DNA from: an uncultured virus (IMG/VR IMGVR_UViG_3300025121_000022)
Taxonomy: Duplodnaviria; Heunggongvirae; Uroviricota; Caudoviricetes
Strand: one strand, 5' to 3'
Length of the DNA stretch: 57,904 nt
Virus record (IMG/VR): IMGVR_UViG_3300025121_000022
This document shows positions 37,986 through 48,176 of this stretch, piece after piece. Numbering within the stretch: position 1 is the stretch's first letter; the number at the start of each line of letters is the position of its first letter. The notes beneath the pieces were generated by a model, which worked only from the letters and a program-made list of their open reading frames with translations, was not told the DNA's origin and made no database searches. The translations under genes and the position numbers were made by a program.

Positions 37986-38347
37986 TCCTCTCCTCTTTTC
38001 TTAATTTCCAAATTGTCTGTTATCGCCATCGGCTCAATAAAATACGTAATTTTAAGTGTCATTTCATTGTTTTTCTCTTTAATCGAAATGTCTTGCAGAG
38101 TAATAAAAGGCATATATTTATTTGTTTGTTCTTGAATTCTTGACGCCAGTTCCGCTCTAATCAAAGTAGCATTTTCGAACAAATAATTTCGCAAGCCAAC
38201 CCCAAAATCTGGTATCATCACTCTTTCGCCGGGCGCTGTTAACAAAAGATGCTTAAAGTTCTGCTTTACCACCTCCCTATGAGTTTCATTCATAGCAAAC
38301 CCAAAATTCCTATCTCTGCGAAATGGTAATCTTACCGAAAGTGGCAT
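37973..38347 (-). CDS. baseplate wedge protein gp25-like (GPW/gp25)
   Basis: VKQNFKHLLLTAPGERVMIPDFGVGLRNYLFE...YMPFI; likely start MPLSV at 38347. Confidence 0.9.
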   Translation of the reverse strand: MPLSVRLPFRRDRNFGFAMNETHREVVKQNFKHLLLTAPGERVMIPDFGVGLRNYLFENATLIRAELASRIQEQTNKYMPFITLQDISIKEKNNEMTLKITYFIEPMAITDNLEIKKRGEDIVI

Positions 38348-38349
38348 TT

Positions 38350-41300
38350 TTATTCCTCGCACTTGAGCGGATTATCAACAACCCCGCTTGCCGTATTAGC
38401 CGAATTCCCTAATTCTCTCTTCACCAAAGCTTCAAACTCTGGAATGTTGATAGAAAACCCCATACTTAACAAAAGATATGCGATCCCCAAAAAAGTTAGA
38501 GGAGGTCCCATCCAACTTCCCGGCATCAAAGTTGACGGCTGCAGCATCAAAGAAAAAACAGATACTGGAATGTCTTGCCCAGCAAAAATTCTTGTAAACA
38601 TTGCCATCTTGCTGGCTATATTGATGTTAGGATCTGCAAATTCTACAAACCCTCTAAAAATCTGTACAGGAGCTTCCAACATAAATTTTAAGACAATTCC
38701 ATAATCAAACCCCTTAGAATTAAACATTTTTTGTATGTCTGCACCACTAATCTGTTCCAGCGGCTTTCTTAAAACTTCTCCTAGTGCCTCTTTACCACCC
38801 AAAGCCTTCAAAGCCCGGTCTTCTTCATAAGAATCATTAGCAAACATACCGCCGTTATTAACCGTTTCAAACAAAAACCTAAGTCTGTCTTTTGTCGTTG
38901 AAAACACATAAGATACAGCATTATTATTTGTTATCTCTGATGCGAAAACGCTTTGAATTGCCAGCAAAGACAGATAACGTCCCATAGGGAAAACGTAATC
39001 AAATAAAGAAGAACACTCACCAACTTCTTTTATTTTCTGATATAATTCTAGTGTTCTATCCCCGTATCTAGAAGCAAAATCAGTCGTCTTCGCAACATTA
39101 AAATCCATGCTCAACAGCTCTTCATCAATGATTTCAGTGTTTGCCAAAGGATTCAAAAAAGAAGGCTCGCCTGAGCCAAGGCCAAAAAGCTTTTCTTGCA
39201 CGATTCCAGCAGTTTGATAAAGATTCTGGTACTCTTCTCCAGAAACTTCGCCGGCATAGCAAAGTCTCAGTCCATAAGAGATTTTTTCATAGTAATCTTT
39301 CATCTTTCTAGAAAGTAAAATGCCGTTAAACAAACCTCTTACCTCTTGAGGACTAAAAATTCCAGCAGGAAGACTTGATGGATTCTCCCCAGAAGGAAGA
39401 TTATTTCTTTCTCTCTCGGTTAAAGATTTCTTTGCCAAACGAATATATTTCTCGAAAACAAACCCATTAAATACAACGATATTGTTTCTAGCGTCTTCTG
39501 ACGTAGCTACTTCCGTTTCTAAAGAAATAATTGGAACTTGTCCGGTTATTGTCCTTTCATCTTCCCATCTTTGTTCCAAAGAAGAAAAAACATTTACTGC
39601 TGGTATACACTCTTGTAGAGTAAAATCGTAGATGTCTTTTGATCTCTTACTACCAAACACTTCATTTCTTAATATCTTTGAAAGAGAGACAACTTGCTGC
39701 TCAATTAACTTCTTAAGTTCTTTTGCGTCACCAGAATAATCTGTTGAAAGCCCGTTCCTATAAAATAATTCTTTTGCACTGTCCAACAGATCGTTGGCAT
39801 ATTTTTCACCATATGTAAACAATTCGGTTTTTATCTTCTCTGCAAAAAAGTCCAGTAACATCTCGTTGGGAGGATCCAAAGAAAACTCATTTAAAACAAA
39901 ACATCCCCTAAGATAATAATCTAAAACATAAAGTCTTATGGTTGTCTGTACAACAGAATCACTTATGGACTTTTCTAAAGAATTCTGCGGTCTGCCTTGC
40001 CCTGACGAATTAGAAAACTCTTTTAAACACAGATTGTTGGAAAAATCTTCCAACGCTTTTGCTTTCAATTCTTCAATATCTAGAAGATGCTTTCTTTCAC
40101 CAGAACAACCTTCTGGGGGAAATGTAAACTTTACTGATTTTAGAACGGGTATCTCTAAAGAAGTATCCCCAGATGTTCTTACTGAAATTGTTTTAAACAG
40201 CTTGTTTTTGTCTGTGTCACTTACCCTAGAAGCAAGAGCAGAAACAAATTTGTTAGACATCTGTACATAATCTGTTATCAAAGCATCCGAGCTACGCGAT
40301 GTTCTAAATGTATTAAAAGAACCAAGAATCTTCTTGAAAATTTCGATCTGAGGTCTTGTGCTAAAGGTAATTACACTTTCAAAAGAACTTAAATATTCCC
40401 TAGTTGAATCTCTCAATGCAATTTGTCCTTCAACATAAGAAATCTCCTGTTTTTCCACTTTGTTTATCGTCTCAAATTGTTCTTCTAGCAAATCCTCACG
40501 AGAAGGAGCGTTGTTGTCTTCCCGACTTCTTCTGTCTTCTGTTCCCCGTGGAACATCCCGTAGGTTAAACTTTCTTTCCTTTGTTGTTGTTTGTTTCAAA
40601 ACATTAAGCTTATACGGGAGAGTTCCATCATACTGTTTCTGCAATGTAACATCACTAATATTTTGCCCCGTCAGAGAAAGAATTCCAGGGGTTCTTTGAG
40701 ACGAAAACATCTCAAACATCTTAGAATATTCTTCGTCTTTGGGAACTTCAACCGTCATCAAAACGTTCCTGTTTACGTTTAGCTCTATTTTTATACGAGA
40801 GCTTAAATTTTCCAAAGCATCTTTTATCTCATGAGCAATAAAAATCTTCTTTTCATGAAAAGTATATTGATCACCGGAAGGCTTCACTCCTTGAGTAAGA
40901 AGATACTGAATTCTTCCATCTATTCTACCCAAGGGGGCGTTTCCAAAGAATTCTTCAGGCTTAAGTGTACTTGTTATTTTTCTTTCTATCGTCTTCTCTT
41001 TAACAAAGGCTTTATACCAATCAGAAACGTCTTTATCAAAGGCAATGTAAACAGGGTCAAAAACCGCCCCAATTGTGCTTTTTGCCATGCGATCAAATCC
41101 ATTAGGCAGCTTTCCTTTTTTGGAGGGCGAACATGCTTCGGGAATTTTAAGATTTTTTAACTTGTCTGCCTTTCTAGCTAGCTCCTCAAGTAATCTTTTC
41201 TTTCTGTCTCTCTCGGACGCAATTTGTCTTTGAATTTCTTCAGAGTCTGCTCCTTCTCTTTCTAGCGTATCCCGTAAAGCAGATTCTTGTTGTGTACAAA

Positions 41301-42558
41301 CAGATTCACCATCCGGTCCCGTCGATGTTTTTACAGCGCGGCATGCATTAGCAAGATTTTGAATTCTTTCCTTGTCCACAACGTTGCCAACCGCAAAGAA
41401 CAAGGCGCGCATTCTAAAGGAACTGCTCAGAAAAGATTCAGATAAACCATACTCTCCACTTCCGGCAACTGCTAAAATATCATACAACGTTCCCTCTGAG
41501 GGATGGCCCAAGAAAAGATCTAAAATCTCTTGAGGTGTCAAAACATACAAAACATCAAGAATAAACTTAACTAACCTCTTCAAATCCTCTTCTAAATTAC
41601 CAGTCAACCCAAGAGAGTTGAGAAAATTCTCATCTTTTAATAAATCGAATATTCTTTGAAAATATTTTTCATTGTCAATGTTTAAATTATTAAAGTTTGA
41701 CAATCCTTCTCGCAATTCTTTACAATATTTCAACAAAAGCTCTAATATTGATTCCAAAAGACCCAAAATCGCCGACTGGATCATCTCCAAAAGAGCTGAT
41801 TCAAGAGACAGGCTAAAGCTTGCCATCAAATCTACCGTAGGAAGTGTATCAGGAAAGAAAAACACAGGAACTTGCAACCTACTCAACTCAAAAGCGACGC
41901 CATTCAAACAATAAATTGCCTCGTTTATAAGATTCCCCACGTCGGTATTGTCAAATACAACTCCATAGGCTTCTTTTGCTGTTTTTACCTTAGAAAACTC
42001 TAAAAGATTTATTCCCCCAACATTTATTGATGAATTTTCTAAACTCTCTTGAAGATTTTTTTTGAATCCTTCAGAGTAGACGACCTTATTTTCCTCCAAA
42101 ATTTCAGAGTATGTTTTTTCTTTGTTATCTCCGGGCTTTCCCTCTGTTTTATTCATAATGTCTTCTAAAGACATCTTACCCCAACCAAATTTTGGCATAT
42201 TTACCGCAGATTCTAAGTCCAGACCACCAGTAATTCCTACCCCAAACATCTTTTTAAGCGGCACGTCCAGTAAGGTGTTCTGGTTTATAAAGTTTTCTGC
42301 TTCTTCCACCTGTTTTGCAAAACCCAAAAGCTCGGCGATATTCTTTTTTACAGAAACTTGTCCACCAGAAGAGTGAAAAACAACCGCAACAGGATGATTA
42401 TTACTGTCAAATTGAAATTCTAAGTCCGTTCCTGAATAATTTTCAACAAAAATATCGTTTTCTCGAAGTGTTTTGGCCAAAACAGAGAAAAAATTACGAA
42501 TTTTCTCATCGTGATCTAACAAATCAAAGAGAATTTCGCTTCCAGGAACAGAAACCAT
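38350..42558 (-). CDS. large helical protein in the baseplate cluster, hydrophobic C-terminus
   Basis: 1402-aa ORF between the gp25-like and spike-like genes; C-terminal PPLTFLGIAYLLLSMGF. Confidence 0.55.
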   Translation of the reverse strand: MVSVPGSEILFDLLDHDEKIRNFFSVLAKTLRENDIFVENYSGTDLEFQFDSNNHPVAVVFHSSGGQVSVKKNIAELLGFAKQVEEAENFINQNTLLDVPLKKMFGVGITGGLDLESAVNMPKFGWGKMSLEDIMNKTEGKPGDNKEKTYSEILEENKVVYSEGFKKNLQESLENSSINVGGINLLEFSKVKTAKEAYGVVFDNTDVGNLINEAIYCLNGVAFELSRLQVPVFFFPDTLPTVDLMASFSLSLESALLEMIQSAILGLLESILELLLKYCKELREGLSNFNNLNIDNEKYFQRIFDLLKDENFLNSLGLTGNLEEDLKRLVKFILDVLYVLTPQEILDLFLGHPSEGTLYDILAVAGSGEYGLSESFLSSSFRMRALFFAVGNVVDKERIQNLANACRAVKTSTGPDGESVCTQQESALRDTLEREGADSEEIQRQIASERDRKKRLLEELARKADKLKNLKIPEACSPSKKGKLPNGFDRMAKSTIGAVFDPVYIAFDKDVSDWYKAFVKEKTIERKITSTLKPEEFFGNAPLGRIDGRIQYLLTQGVKPSGDQYTFHEKKIFIAHEIKDALENLSSRIKIELNVNRNVLMTVEVPKDEEYSKMFEMFSSQRTPGILSLTGQNISDVTLQKQYDGTLPYKLNVLKQTTTKERKFNLRDVPRGTEDRRSREDNNAPSREDLLEEQFETINKVEKQEISYVEGQIALRDSTREYLSSFESVITFSTRPQIEIFKKILGSFNTFRTSRSSDALITDYVQMSNKFVSALASRVSDTDKNKLFKTISVRTSGDTSLEIPVLKSVKFTFPPEGCSGERKHLLDIEELKAKALEDFSNNLCLKEFSNSSGQGRPQNSLEKSISDSVVQTTIRLYVLDYYLRGCFVLNEFSLDPPNEMLLDFFAEKIKTELFTYGEKYANDLLDSAKELFYRNGLSTDYSGDAKELKKLIEQQVVSLSKILRNEVFGSKRSKDIYDFTLQECIPAVNVFSSLEQRWEDERTITGQVPIISLETEVATSEDARNNIVVFNGFVFEKYIRLAKKSLTERERNNLPSGENPSSLPAGIFSPQEVRGLFNGILLSRKMKDYYEKISYGLRLCYAGEVSGEEYQNLYQTAGIVQEKLFGLGSGEPSFLNPLANTEIIDEELLSMDFNVAKTTDFASRYGDRTLELYQKIKEVGECSSLFDYVFPMGRYLSLLAIQSVFASEITNNNAVSYVFSTTKDRLRFLFETVNNGGMFANDSYEEDRALKALGGKEALGEVLRKPLEQISGADIQKMFNSKGFDYGIVLKFMLEAPVQIFRGFVEFADPNINIASKMAMFTRIFAGQDIPVSVFSLMLQPSTLMPGSWMGPPLTFLGIAYLLLSMGFSINIPEFEALVKRELGNSANTASGVVDNPLKCEE

Positions 42559-42891
42559 TTATTTTTCCTTCATTTTTTCTTGAAATTTAAGGAATTTTTC
42601 AAGGGAATATCTCTTTGAAGACTTAATTTCTACAGCTTTTTCCTCTTTTTTCTCAATTTCTTTCCCAACCGCCACTAACATACTCGTTTTAGGCTTGGTT
42701 TCTAAAGAATAATCAAGAACTCTTAACCCGGTTTGACCAGTCAGGCTCCCCGCCTCTTCAACCGCTTTCAGTAAAGCAGCAGTTTTATCTTTTTTGTCTT
42801 TGGGAACCGCTGTTTCAACAAGAATAAAATAAAACCCATCCTCTTCGTAGGGAAGTCTCTTCTTCTTAAAAACCCAAGATGCACTTAACAT
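42559..42891 (-). CDS. hypothetical protein
   Basis: 110-aa ORF, in frame with and abutting the next gene (TAA ATG). Confidence 0.55.
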   Translation of the reverse strand: MLSASWVFKKKRLPYEEDGFYFILVETAVPKDKKDKTAALLKAVEEAGSLTGQTGLRVLDYSLETKPKTSMLVAVGKEIEKKEEKAVEIKSSKRYSLEKFLKFQEKMKEK

Positions 42892-42899
42892 TTGCTTTC

Positions 42900-43829
42900 C
42901 TAATTCGTTTTATTCCAGCGGCTATTCACATAACCCTTACCAAAAGGTTGTAAATAGTTGTTCTTATAATTAACAAGATTTGTCCGAATTGTTGTCAAAG
43001 AAACTTTAACCTCCGACAATAATTCTAAAGAAGTTTGTATTCCTTTTTGCATGGCTGTCTGAGACGGAGCGTTGGGAATTCCAAAAAAAGGAGAAATGTG
43101 AAAATGACTTGACACAACATCATTATATTGTGATTGAATAGTCATAAAAGAATCGACAATCCCCGCCAGTTTCTCAACGTGCCCAGCTAGCTTTTCTAAA
43201 GCCTCTACCGCATTGTCCCCCTTAACCATAGGCTGAACGTCTCTGGTGTCGTTACCCGCTATTAACTCCACTCCTCTGACCTGTGATAAAGGAGATCCAA
43301 GAGAGTTGTTTTGATCTACTCCCGTTACAATCTTTACTCCTTCTCTTCCTATAATTCTAACCGCATCAGATTTAATACCGATTGCTGCACGCGAAACAGA
43401 ACGAGGAATACCACTAGGAGTTATAGCTAAATTAAAATAGTCATCTATGTCGGCAAGCTGAGAAAGATAAACTCTAGAGGCGTCCAAAGAAAAATTAGGG
43501 TCTACAAAAACCCTCTCGCCGTCTTTATATAGTTTTTGGTTTGCGCTGTTCCTTCCGACAACCAAATCAATCATTCCTGCTCTAGTAAAACCTTTACCCC
43601 CATAGCCCGAAAGTTTATCCGAGTAGCGATCCCTTCCAAAAACAAGCCATGTATTGTTTTCACCGAAGAAGATCTTTTCACATTCCGTTTTATTGAATTC
43701 CGGTACTGGTTCCTTTAAAACGTCCCCAGCAATACCGCTAAATCCAGCAACCGATTCTTTGCTAGACTGTTGCTTTGATTGCTTGTCTTTTTCTGAAAGA
43801 TTTTCTAAATCTATTGCTTTTTTAAGCAT
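42900..43829 (-). CDS. putative baseplate central spike / gp5-C-like protein
   Basis: Beta-rich segments (IGIKSDAVRIIGREGVKIVT, PMVKGD) and C-terminal HxH (SHFHISP); context. Likely start MLKKA at 43829. Confidence 0.55.
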   Translation of the reverse strand: MLKKAIDLENLSEKDKQSKQQSSKESVAGFSGIAGDVLKEPVPEFNKTECEKIFFGENNTWLVFGRDRYSDKLSGYGGKGFTRAGMIDLVVGRNSANQKLYKDGERVFVDPNFSLDASRVYLSQLADIDDYFNLAITPSGIPRSVSRAAIGIKSDAVRIIGREGVKIVTGVDQNNSLGSPLSQVRGVELIAGNDTRDVQPMVKGDNAVEALEKLAGHVEKLAGIVDSFMTIQSQYNDVVSSHFHISPFFGIPNAPSQTAMQKGIQTSLELLSEVKVSLTTIRTNLVNYKNNYLQPFGKGYVNSRWNKTN

Positions 43830-43831
43830 CT

Positions 43832-45178
43832 TTATGCCTTTGAAAAATAAGTTCCCTGCCAAATATAATCTCTACGTTTCCAAACTTCAGAGTCTTCTCC
43901 TCCATCTTCTGGAGTTGTGTATATTTTAGCCAACTCATCTCCATAAACAGTCGATGGACCAAAGTATTCTGGTCTATATTCGAAATGCCACCACTCAGAC
44001 ATCATGTGAGAACTTCTTTCTTGGAAACTTGTTCCCCTAGTCGAAATATTTGAAAATCCAAAATGATTGAAAATAGAAGTTAAATTGGCAAAATAACCCT
44101 CAACTTGAACTTCTTCGGGAGGATTTGAAGAGTTGGAACACTTCAAAACCTTAAGCTTCCTCCAGGAGGACTGAGCGGGAAAAGAGCTTCCCTCTCTATT
44201 TGTTCTTACCCATACAGTAAATCTGTTTTTTGTTTCATTACTGTATTGAATAACGTATTGGTCTGTTGCCGGATTTGCATCTGACTTAACCCCAGCGTTA
44301 ATCAAATCAATGGCTAACCCAAGATAATGCATTGATACCTTGGAGGCGTTTGGTTGGTTAACGATAGGGTCGTTTAGACTGCGTAAAGAAGAGCCAACGG
44401 AAAGATACCCAAAAACTCTATTAACAGCCTGCTTAACCTGTGCATAAGCTTCGGCTGCATCTTTTCTCATCATCAAAGAACGTCCGTTTGCTCCAACTCG
44501 ATTTCCAAATGCAACTGGATCTGAAGAAATCTCTACAAGTTGTTCTTTTTTTATGTTTGGGTTGTTTTCTATCGGAGCAGCTTGATTTTCCTTAAATAAC
44601 TGATCCTTGCTTTGAACTGAACAAGTTTTTTGATCAAAAGTATAAGCTCCGCTGAAGTCTAAAGGACCAACCTTGCCGGTATAAACCCCTCTCCTAGAGT
44701 CTGAGTTGCCGTTTTCTAATTCAACCCATATTACATCACCCACAGAAAGTGAAAGTCCAGCCGCTATTTCATCTTTTGGATAAAAAGCAGGATACATATC
44801 AATTGTTTTTTGGTCTGCTCTCGCTTCTGGTGTACTAATATCATTGCCGTTATGAAGGTTTGTTGGAGTAGGTAAAGCTAAGTGTTCTTCTGGAATTCTA
44901 GCCCTAACAAACCCAACCTGTTTGTCGTCTCTTTTGGCCAAAAAGGAGAAAAAAGAACTTTGATTTGTCTTTTCCTCAACCCTCATCACAACAGCCTTAA
45001 GAGGTCCAGGAACTAGCGTTTCTCTTTGTTGAGAAATTGAATACGCTTTCGAAAGTCCGTCTACGGAGCGCCCTACTTCAGCATCCCCAGTTTTATTAAC
45101 ATTTGTCGGAGAACTTGTGTCCGCTATGGGATTTAAAACCCCAGGTGTGAAAAACTTACTGTCATAAGGAAGAACCAT
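43832..45178 (-). CDS. baseplate hub protein: OB-fold-like N-terminus plus M15 Zn peptidase (peptidoglycan hydrolase)
   Basis: VRARIPE...LSVGDVIWVE; M15 motifs SSLR, SMHYLGLAIDL, EWWHFEY. Confidence 0.75.
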   Translation of the reverse strand: MVLPYDSKFFTPGVLNPIADTSSPTNVNKTGDAEVGRSVDGLSKAYSISQQRETLVPGPLKAVVMRVEEKTNQSSFFSFLAKRDDKQVGFVRARIPEEHLALPTPTNLHNGNDISTPEARADQKTIDMYPAFYPKDEIAAGLSLSVGDVIWVELENGNSDSRRGVYTGKVGPLDFSGAYTFDQKTCSVQSKDQLFKENQAAPIENNPNIKKEQLVEISSDPVAFGNRVGANGRSLMMRKDAAEAYAQVKQAVNRVFGYLSVGSSLRSLNDPIVNQPNASKVSMHYLGLAIDLINAGVKSDANPATDQYVIQYSNETKNRFTVWVRTNREGSSFPAQSSWRKLKVLKCSNSSNPPEEVQVEGYFANLTSIFNHFGFSNISTRGTSFQERSSHMMSEWWHFEYRPEYFGPSTVYGDELAKIYTTPEDGGEDSEVWKRRDYIWQGTYFSKA

Positions 45179-45496
45179 TTATTTCTTTGTTTCCTCATAA
45201 ATCCCTTCCAAATCTTCGTTTTTTATCTCTGGATCATCTTCTAGTTTCAGCTCTCCCATTGTTTTGATGGCGTCAATCAAGAGAGAGTTGTTTTTCGAAG
45301 AAGCCGAAAGGAGCTTTGCTAAAGTATCACCAAGTTTCTCTCTGTCACCAATACTAATCGAAGGTTGTGTTAAGGCTTTTTCTAAATTTGTCATTTCTAC
45401 TGAAAGAAATTGACGATCTTCCCCAATAAAATCAATCACATACGAAAGAAGACCTTTTTTTGTTTTTCTTTTAGCTCTTTCTTTTTCGTCTACCAT
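45179..45496 (-). CDS. hypothetical helical protein
   Basis: 105-aa ORF downstream of a CTAATTAT motif. Confidence 0.6.
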   Translation of the reverse strand: MVDEKERAKRKTKKGLLSYVIDFIGEDRQFLSVEMTNLEKALTQPSISIGDREKLGDTLAKLLSASSKNNSLLIDAIKTMGELKLEDDPEIKNEDLEGIYEETKK

Positions 45497-45516
45497 TTTT
45501 TCTTCCCGTATTCCCT

Positions 45517-45524
45517 ATAATTAG
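45517..45524 (-). promoter_or_regulatory. putative late promoter motif CTAATTAT
   Basis: Sits at the head of the baseplate operon, directly after the sigma-like gene. Confidence 0.55.
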
Positions 45525-45540
45525 ATTATTGTTAAGATTT

Positions 45541-46221
45541 TCATCTTTGCCATTCTTTTTTAAACCGAAAATAACGCTTTCTCATCTTGTTCAAAACAAA
45601 AACAATCTTTTTTGTGGGAAGTCCAGTAATTTCACGTAGATAGAGATATATTCCCTTTCTTGAAAACATCTCGAGTTTTTCTGAATTGATAAACAAATCA
45701 CGGACAGCAGAAATAACTATTTGATCAGTTTCTGAGGTAAAGTCTTCGTGTTTTTCCCATTCGTCAATCTTAGAAAATAACTCTAAAAAGAATTCGTTCT
45801 TCTGCCTATCTTCAACGTATTCTGTCTCAACGATATATGTCTCATCAATGTCGTTTGGAACATCGTCGCAAGAAACCATTTGTGGAGTTGAGAGTTTTTT
45901 GGCCTGACAGTAGAACCAATTTCTAGAAACAACAGTAAAATAAGAGAAAGCTTTCCCTTTCTCTTGCTTATACTTTTCCAGAACAGTAACCAGATAGGAT
46001 TCACATTCAGATTTTAAACCATCTATATCGGGAAGATTTACAAATCTATATGTAAAAACAATCTTTTCTATCAATTCATGAAAAACCGGCAAAATTAACT
46101 CACGAAAAATCTTTTCTTTTTTTCTTCTATCTTGCTCTAAAACATAAGCAACTATAGCTTCTTCATTCCTCTTCGTGAAGTAATTCTCCGTCTTCTGAAC
46201 CTTCCGATTCCTCTTGTTCAA
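45541..46221 (-). CDS. phage RNA polymerase sigma factor-like protein (gp55-like late sigma)
   Basis: YFT...EEAIVAY; region-2-like LKSEC...LEKYKQEKGKAFSYFTVVSRN; C-terminal HTH YLREITGLPTKKI. Confidence 0.7.
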   Translation of the reverse strand: MNKRNRKVQKTENYFTKRNEEAIVAYVLEQDRRKKEKIFRELILPVFHELIEKIVFTYRFVNLPDIDGLKSECESYLVTVLEKYKQEKGKAFSYFTVVSRNWFYCQAKKLSTPQMVSCDDVPNDIDETYIVETEYVEDRQKNEFFLELFSKIDEWEKHEDFTSETDQIVISAVRDLFINSEKLEMFSRKGIYLYLREITGLPTKKIVFVLNKMRKRYFRFKKEWQR

Positions 46222-46597
46222 ATTCTTGTTCTCCGCGAGATAAAAACTCTTTCATCTCTTCTTTTGTCATTGGATTTCTTATGTCCCCGATTTCATATTC
46301 TTTAATACTGTCGGTAAAATCTACCACATCGTTAAGAATAAATTTTGTATGATTCACAATGTTAACCACAACAGGACTATCAGAAAACAGATTTTGCTCA
46401 AAAAGACGTTCCAAAGTGTAGTGATATTCTTCTAGATTCGCTCTAAAAAGCTGTAAATTTTCTATAATAAATCTCTCTTTGTTTATAAGATATTGAGCAT
46501 AACGGACGAAATATCTATAAACAAAGGCCGCTCCCCAAATAACAGCCGCAGCACCAAGCGCCAGCAACACATAAAAAAAATCAACCTGTACGACCAT
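46163..46597 (-). CDS. membrane protein
   Basis: N-terminal TM FFYVLLALGAAAVIWGAAFVY. Confidence 0.6.
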   Translation of the reverse strand: MVVQVDFFYVLLALGAAAVIWGAAFVYRYFVRYAQYLINKERFIIENLQLFRANLEEYHYTLERLFEQNLFSDSPVVVNIVNHTKFILNDVVDFTDSIKEYEIGDIRNPMTKEEMKEFLSRGEQEFEQEESEGSEDGELLHEEE

Positions 46598-46832
46598 TTT
46601 TCAATTCCCTTTTGTGCTTTTCGTTCGTTTTTCTGACATCATTAATGTGCTCTTTATACTTTTGTTGTAAATCTTGACGTTCTTTTTCTGCCTCGCTCGA
46701 TATCTGAAAAAAAGCAACTTGTCTTTTCATAACGCCATTGCATTTTTCACAAACAATTTGTTTCTCTTCCCTCGGAACAATCTTTTCCACAACAAAAGAA
46801 CAAGATTCACATTTAAAGTCAAAAACAGGCAT
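46581..46832 (-). CDS. FmdB-family zinc-ribbon protein
   Basis: MPVFDFKCESC...CEKCNGVMKRQV. Confidence 0.85.
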   Translation of the reverse strand: MPVFDFKCESCSFVVEKIVPREEKQIVCEKCNGVMKRQVAFFQISSEAEKERQDLQQKYKEHINDVRKTNEKHKRELKNGRTG

Positions 46833-46975
46833 TATTGATCTTTTTTCTCTTCTTTTTCACGATTAATAACAAAAAGCTCTCCCTCATAAATCTCAAACAA
46901 AAGTTCGCCCCATTTATCCACCACCGGGGTTTCTGCCGAAAAAGCCTCTTGTAAATCTTCTAGGATCTTAGACAT
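46832..46975 (-). CDS. small hypothetical protein (47 aa), absent from the ORF track
   Basis: MSKILEDLQEAFSAETPVVDKWGELLFEIYEGELFVINREKEEKKDQ fills the gap and overlaps the neighbouring genes on both sides (TAATG downstream). Confidence 0.6.
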   Translation of the reverse strand: MSKILEDLQEAFSAETPVVDKWGELLFEIYEGELFVINREKEEKKDQ

Positions 46976-48176
46976 CGCTTGTTTGCTTAACTTCATTTTC
47001 TTTTCCCTTCACTGTAAGAAGAATCGTTTCAACGATCTCAGAATTAATCTTATTTTTAGCCCGATCAACATGTAGATAATCTTTAAGTTCAGATGCCATA
47101 TCTTTAAATTTACCATAAAAATCCTTTACACTACGCATTTTTTTACAATAAGAAATTAAAATTGGATATGCCCACGTTTGGATGTTCGGGTCATACCACT
47201 TATCAGCATGCTCGGGCTTAACTTTATCAATAAAATAATCTATTTTAGAGAACTTAAGTTCTTCCTTCTCGTCTTTTTTAATCTTCAGGTATTCAGTATG
47301 AGCACTCCAGTTAGGTGCAATGATAGGAAGCCCAACACAGGCCGCATCAAACAAAGGAATTCCAAATCCCTCTCCGTGCGTCATCGTTACCATGGCCTTA
47401 ATCTTGGGATGAGAATACAAATAAAACATTTCTTCTCTCTTCAAATCCCCATGAAGGAAATATAAAGAACACTTTGCCTCTGGATATTTCCTCTTTACAT
47501 TCAGCATCTTTGTACGAATTCTCTCCACGTCCAGAGAACCTTCCGTAGGTGTACTAATTTTGCATACTAACCCAACGTCTGCGTCGTTGTGAAACTCCTT
47601 ATAAAAACCCTCAATTGCATCCCCAACGTTTTTCCTCGGTGCATCCATAGCTACCAAAAGAAAATTAAAGTCAGTCTGAAGGTCTAAATCAATTTCTTTC
47701 TTCTCCGGAACATCCACAGGAAAAGAGATTACACGAAACGGCGTATCTGTTGTAAAGCCATTCTTTGCGTGCTGCGACTCTACAATTATTGCATCGACCC
47801 TCTTCGTCGCCTCGTCCCAGTCTGGAACCACCTTCTGCGCCTCTATCCCAGACGTAACCCCAATGTTTACCTTAGCATAAGGTTGCCATTCTGTTGGTAG
47901 CACCACCTGCAACGAAACATCGTATTCAGGGGGCGCATGCTCTTGGACACGCTTCATTTCATAAGAAATCGTCTTCACAATAAATGAATCTATCTTCTCT
48001 CTTTCTGCACCAAAAGAAGACTCCCACCGACAAGCTCCCCAAGGAGTTGGATGAACATAAATTTCAAAAATATCTTCTCTTGTCATAAGAGCGTTCAAAA
48101 TACTTCTCGCATGTTCTCCATACCCAGAAACGGTTAAAACTGGTCCGTGTAAAAGAACTTTCATCTTGTCAGCCAT
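46968..48176 (-). CDS. GT-B (GT4-like) glycosyltransferase
   Basis: GPVLTVSGYGEHAR, PRKN, THGEGFGIPLFDA...GLPIIAPNWSAH. Confidence 0.85.
   Translation of the reverse strand: MADKMKVLLHGPVLTVSGYGEHARSILNALMTREDIFEIYVHPTPWGACRWESSFGAEREKIDSFIVKTISYEMKRVQEHAPPEYDVSLQVVLPTEWQPYAKVNIGVTSGIEAQKVVPDWDEATKRVDAIIVESQHAKNGFTTDTPFRVISFPVDVPEKKEIDLDLQTDFNFLLVAMDAPRKNVGDAIEGFYKEFHNDADVGLVCKISTPTEGSLDVERIRTKMLNVKRKYPEAKCSLYFLHGDLKREEMFYLYSHPKIKAMVTMTHGEGFGIPLFDAACVGLPIIAPNWSAHTEYLKIKKDEKEELKFSKIDYFIDKVKPEHADKWYDPNIQTWAYPILISYCKKMRSVKDFYGKFKDMASELKDYLHVDRAKNKINSEIVETILLTVKGKENEVKQTSDV

Noticed and set aside
36581..37990. CRISPR mini-array / Cas12f interpretation of tnpB plus the repeated ...TAAGTCTC(G)AAG motif
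   Set aside because: There is only one unit at each end, in inverted orientation, with no repeat-spacer-repeat array. Multi-copy dispersal fits an IS element.
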